DNA of 63,649 bases, filler included, from Reclinomonas americana ATCC 50394 (lineage: Eukaryota): assembly GCA_048213135.1 (NCBI GenBank). It is 7 parts of 4 records of this genome, joined end to end, with 100 filler letters (N's around TTAATTAATTAA, not from the genome) between each part and the next. Parts side by side here need not be neighbours in the genome. Positions count along the whole stretch, not along the records: positions 61,637 to 63,649 come from PS015094.1; 6 more parts are not named here. One strand, 5' to 3'. Positions 62,551-63,649 of the stretch are shown here, one piece after another; the stretch's first letter is position 1, and each line of letters opens with the position of its first letter. The notes beneath the pieces were generated by a model. That model worked only from the letters and a program-made list of their open reading frames with translations. It was not told the origin of the DNA and made no database searches. Position numbers and translations under genes: made by a program.

Positions 62551-63649
62551 TTGCGTTGCGCTCGTTCGTGTGTGTGTTCCCCTTTCTCTGTCTCGCACAC
62601 AAGAGGCGCGCGTGCTGCTCTGTGTCTGCATCTTGTGCGCGTGAGAGCTGCAGACGCGTTGTGAAGTGATTTTTCATGCATGCATGATTTCTTGTGTTGT
62701 CGGCTCTCTCACACACTTGCACGCACTCTTTGCTCCCTCCCTTCCCCCCCTCTATCTCTGTGTGCGTGCATGTCCGCGTTGCTTGCCTGTGAACTGCAGG
62801 CAGACACTTTCATACGCCTTTGTTTTCTTGCTCTTTTGCATCCGCGTGCTCGCTCTCTCGCGCGCACTCTTCACGCGTTGTGCGCGTGTGTCTGCGCGTT
62901 CTGCGTCTTCCTCTCCTTTCTTTGTGTTTTGTTTTGTTTTTTGGTTTTTTGTTGGTGCGTGATGTGAATGTGCACCAACGCGCACACAGACGCGCGCTCA
63001 CTTCCTTCTTTGCAATGCAGTGCGTGAGTCGAGGAAGCAGAGTGCGGCGATTGATCAGGCGTTGCGGCAGGCGAGCACGGTGTTGCCGCGGAGGATTGAG
63101 TTTCGATCAGTTGAGTTTTCTTGGTGATTGGCTGCCATTTCTCTTGTTATTCGTGTCGCTCTTCCTCCCTCTCTCTGTGCTGTTCTTCGTGCACTCTCTT
63201 GTCGTCCCTTGACAGCCAGCTGTTGCGCATCCCTCTTCAACCTCTTTATGCATCCATCTTGTTGTCGCGTTGTGCTGCATTCCTTCCTCTCCCTGCCACA
63301 CTCTCAAAGAGGAAGCAATGCATCATTCTCCTCTCCCTCTTGTCGCTCTCCTCCCTCTTTCGCTCTCCCCTCCCCTCGTTCACTCTCCTCCTCTCGCTCT
63401 CCTCCTCTCGCTCTCCCCCTCTCGCTCTCCCACTTTCGCTCTCTCCTCCTCTCGCTCTCCCCTCTCTCGCTCTCTCACCCTTCTCGCTCTCCCTTCTCAC
63501 TCTCCCCCTGCTCACTCTCCTGTCGTTCACTCTTCCCTCTTTCGCTCTCCCCTCTTTCGCTCTCCCTCTTTCTCGGTCTCCCTTTTTCTCATTCTCCCCC
63601 TCTCGCTCTCCTTCTCTCTCTCCTCCTCTCTCTCTCTCTCTCTCTCTCT

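Overview
This is a draft scaffold of an intron-rich, GC-rich microbial eukaryote, probably a flagellated protist (taxon not determinable from sequence). It carries many (CT)n/(GT)n microsatellites, N gaps and six artificial N-TTAATTAATTAA-N contig linkers. Several internal N gaps behave as zero-length, because the flanks join in frame. Recognisable genes are a TECR/steroid 5-alpha-reductase-like 3' end, a 4-exon thioredoxin with an ECGPC active site, an 8-exon secreted cyanophycinase (peptidase S51), a VWA protein, an ARM-MATH protein (one internal contig apparently inverted), a NEIL1-like glycosylase fragment, a BTB-pentapeptide (KCTD9-like) protein, a DUF3506 protein and BtpA/SgcQ. Three things stand out. 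(1) An apparently intronless 673-aa fusion of membrane anchor, phage-type cupin, animal-type phosphomevalonate kinase and deoxynucleoside kinase. (2) Two tandem arrays (7 genes) of intronless WD40 proteins with variable surface loops and a conserved C-terminal 'CL[PA]ExVLRCFxxEE' tail. (3) A tandem array of TRAF-like RING-zinc finger-coiled-coil proteins that end in a variable TLDc domain instead of MATH. Items 2 and 3 together suggest a diversifying ubiquitin-ligase or receptor repertoire. All family assignments come from motif recognition by eye; no database searches were run.
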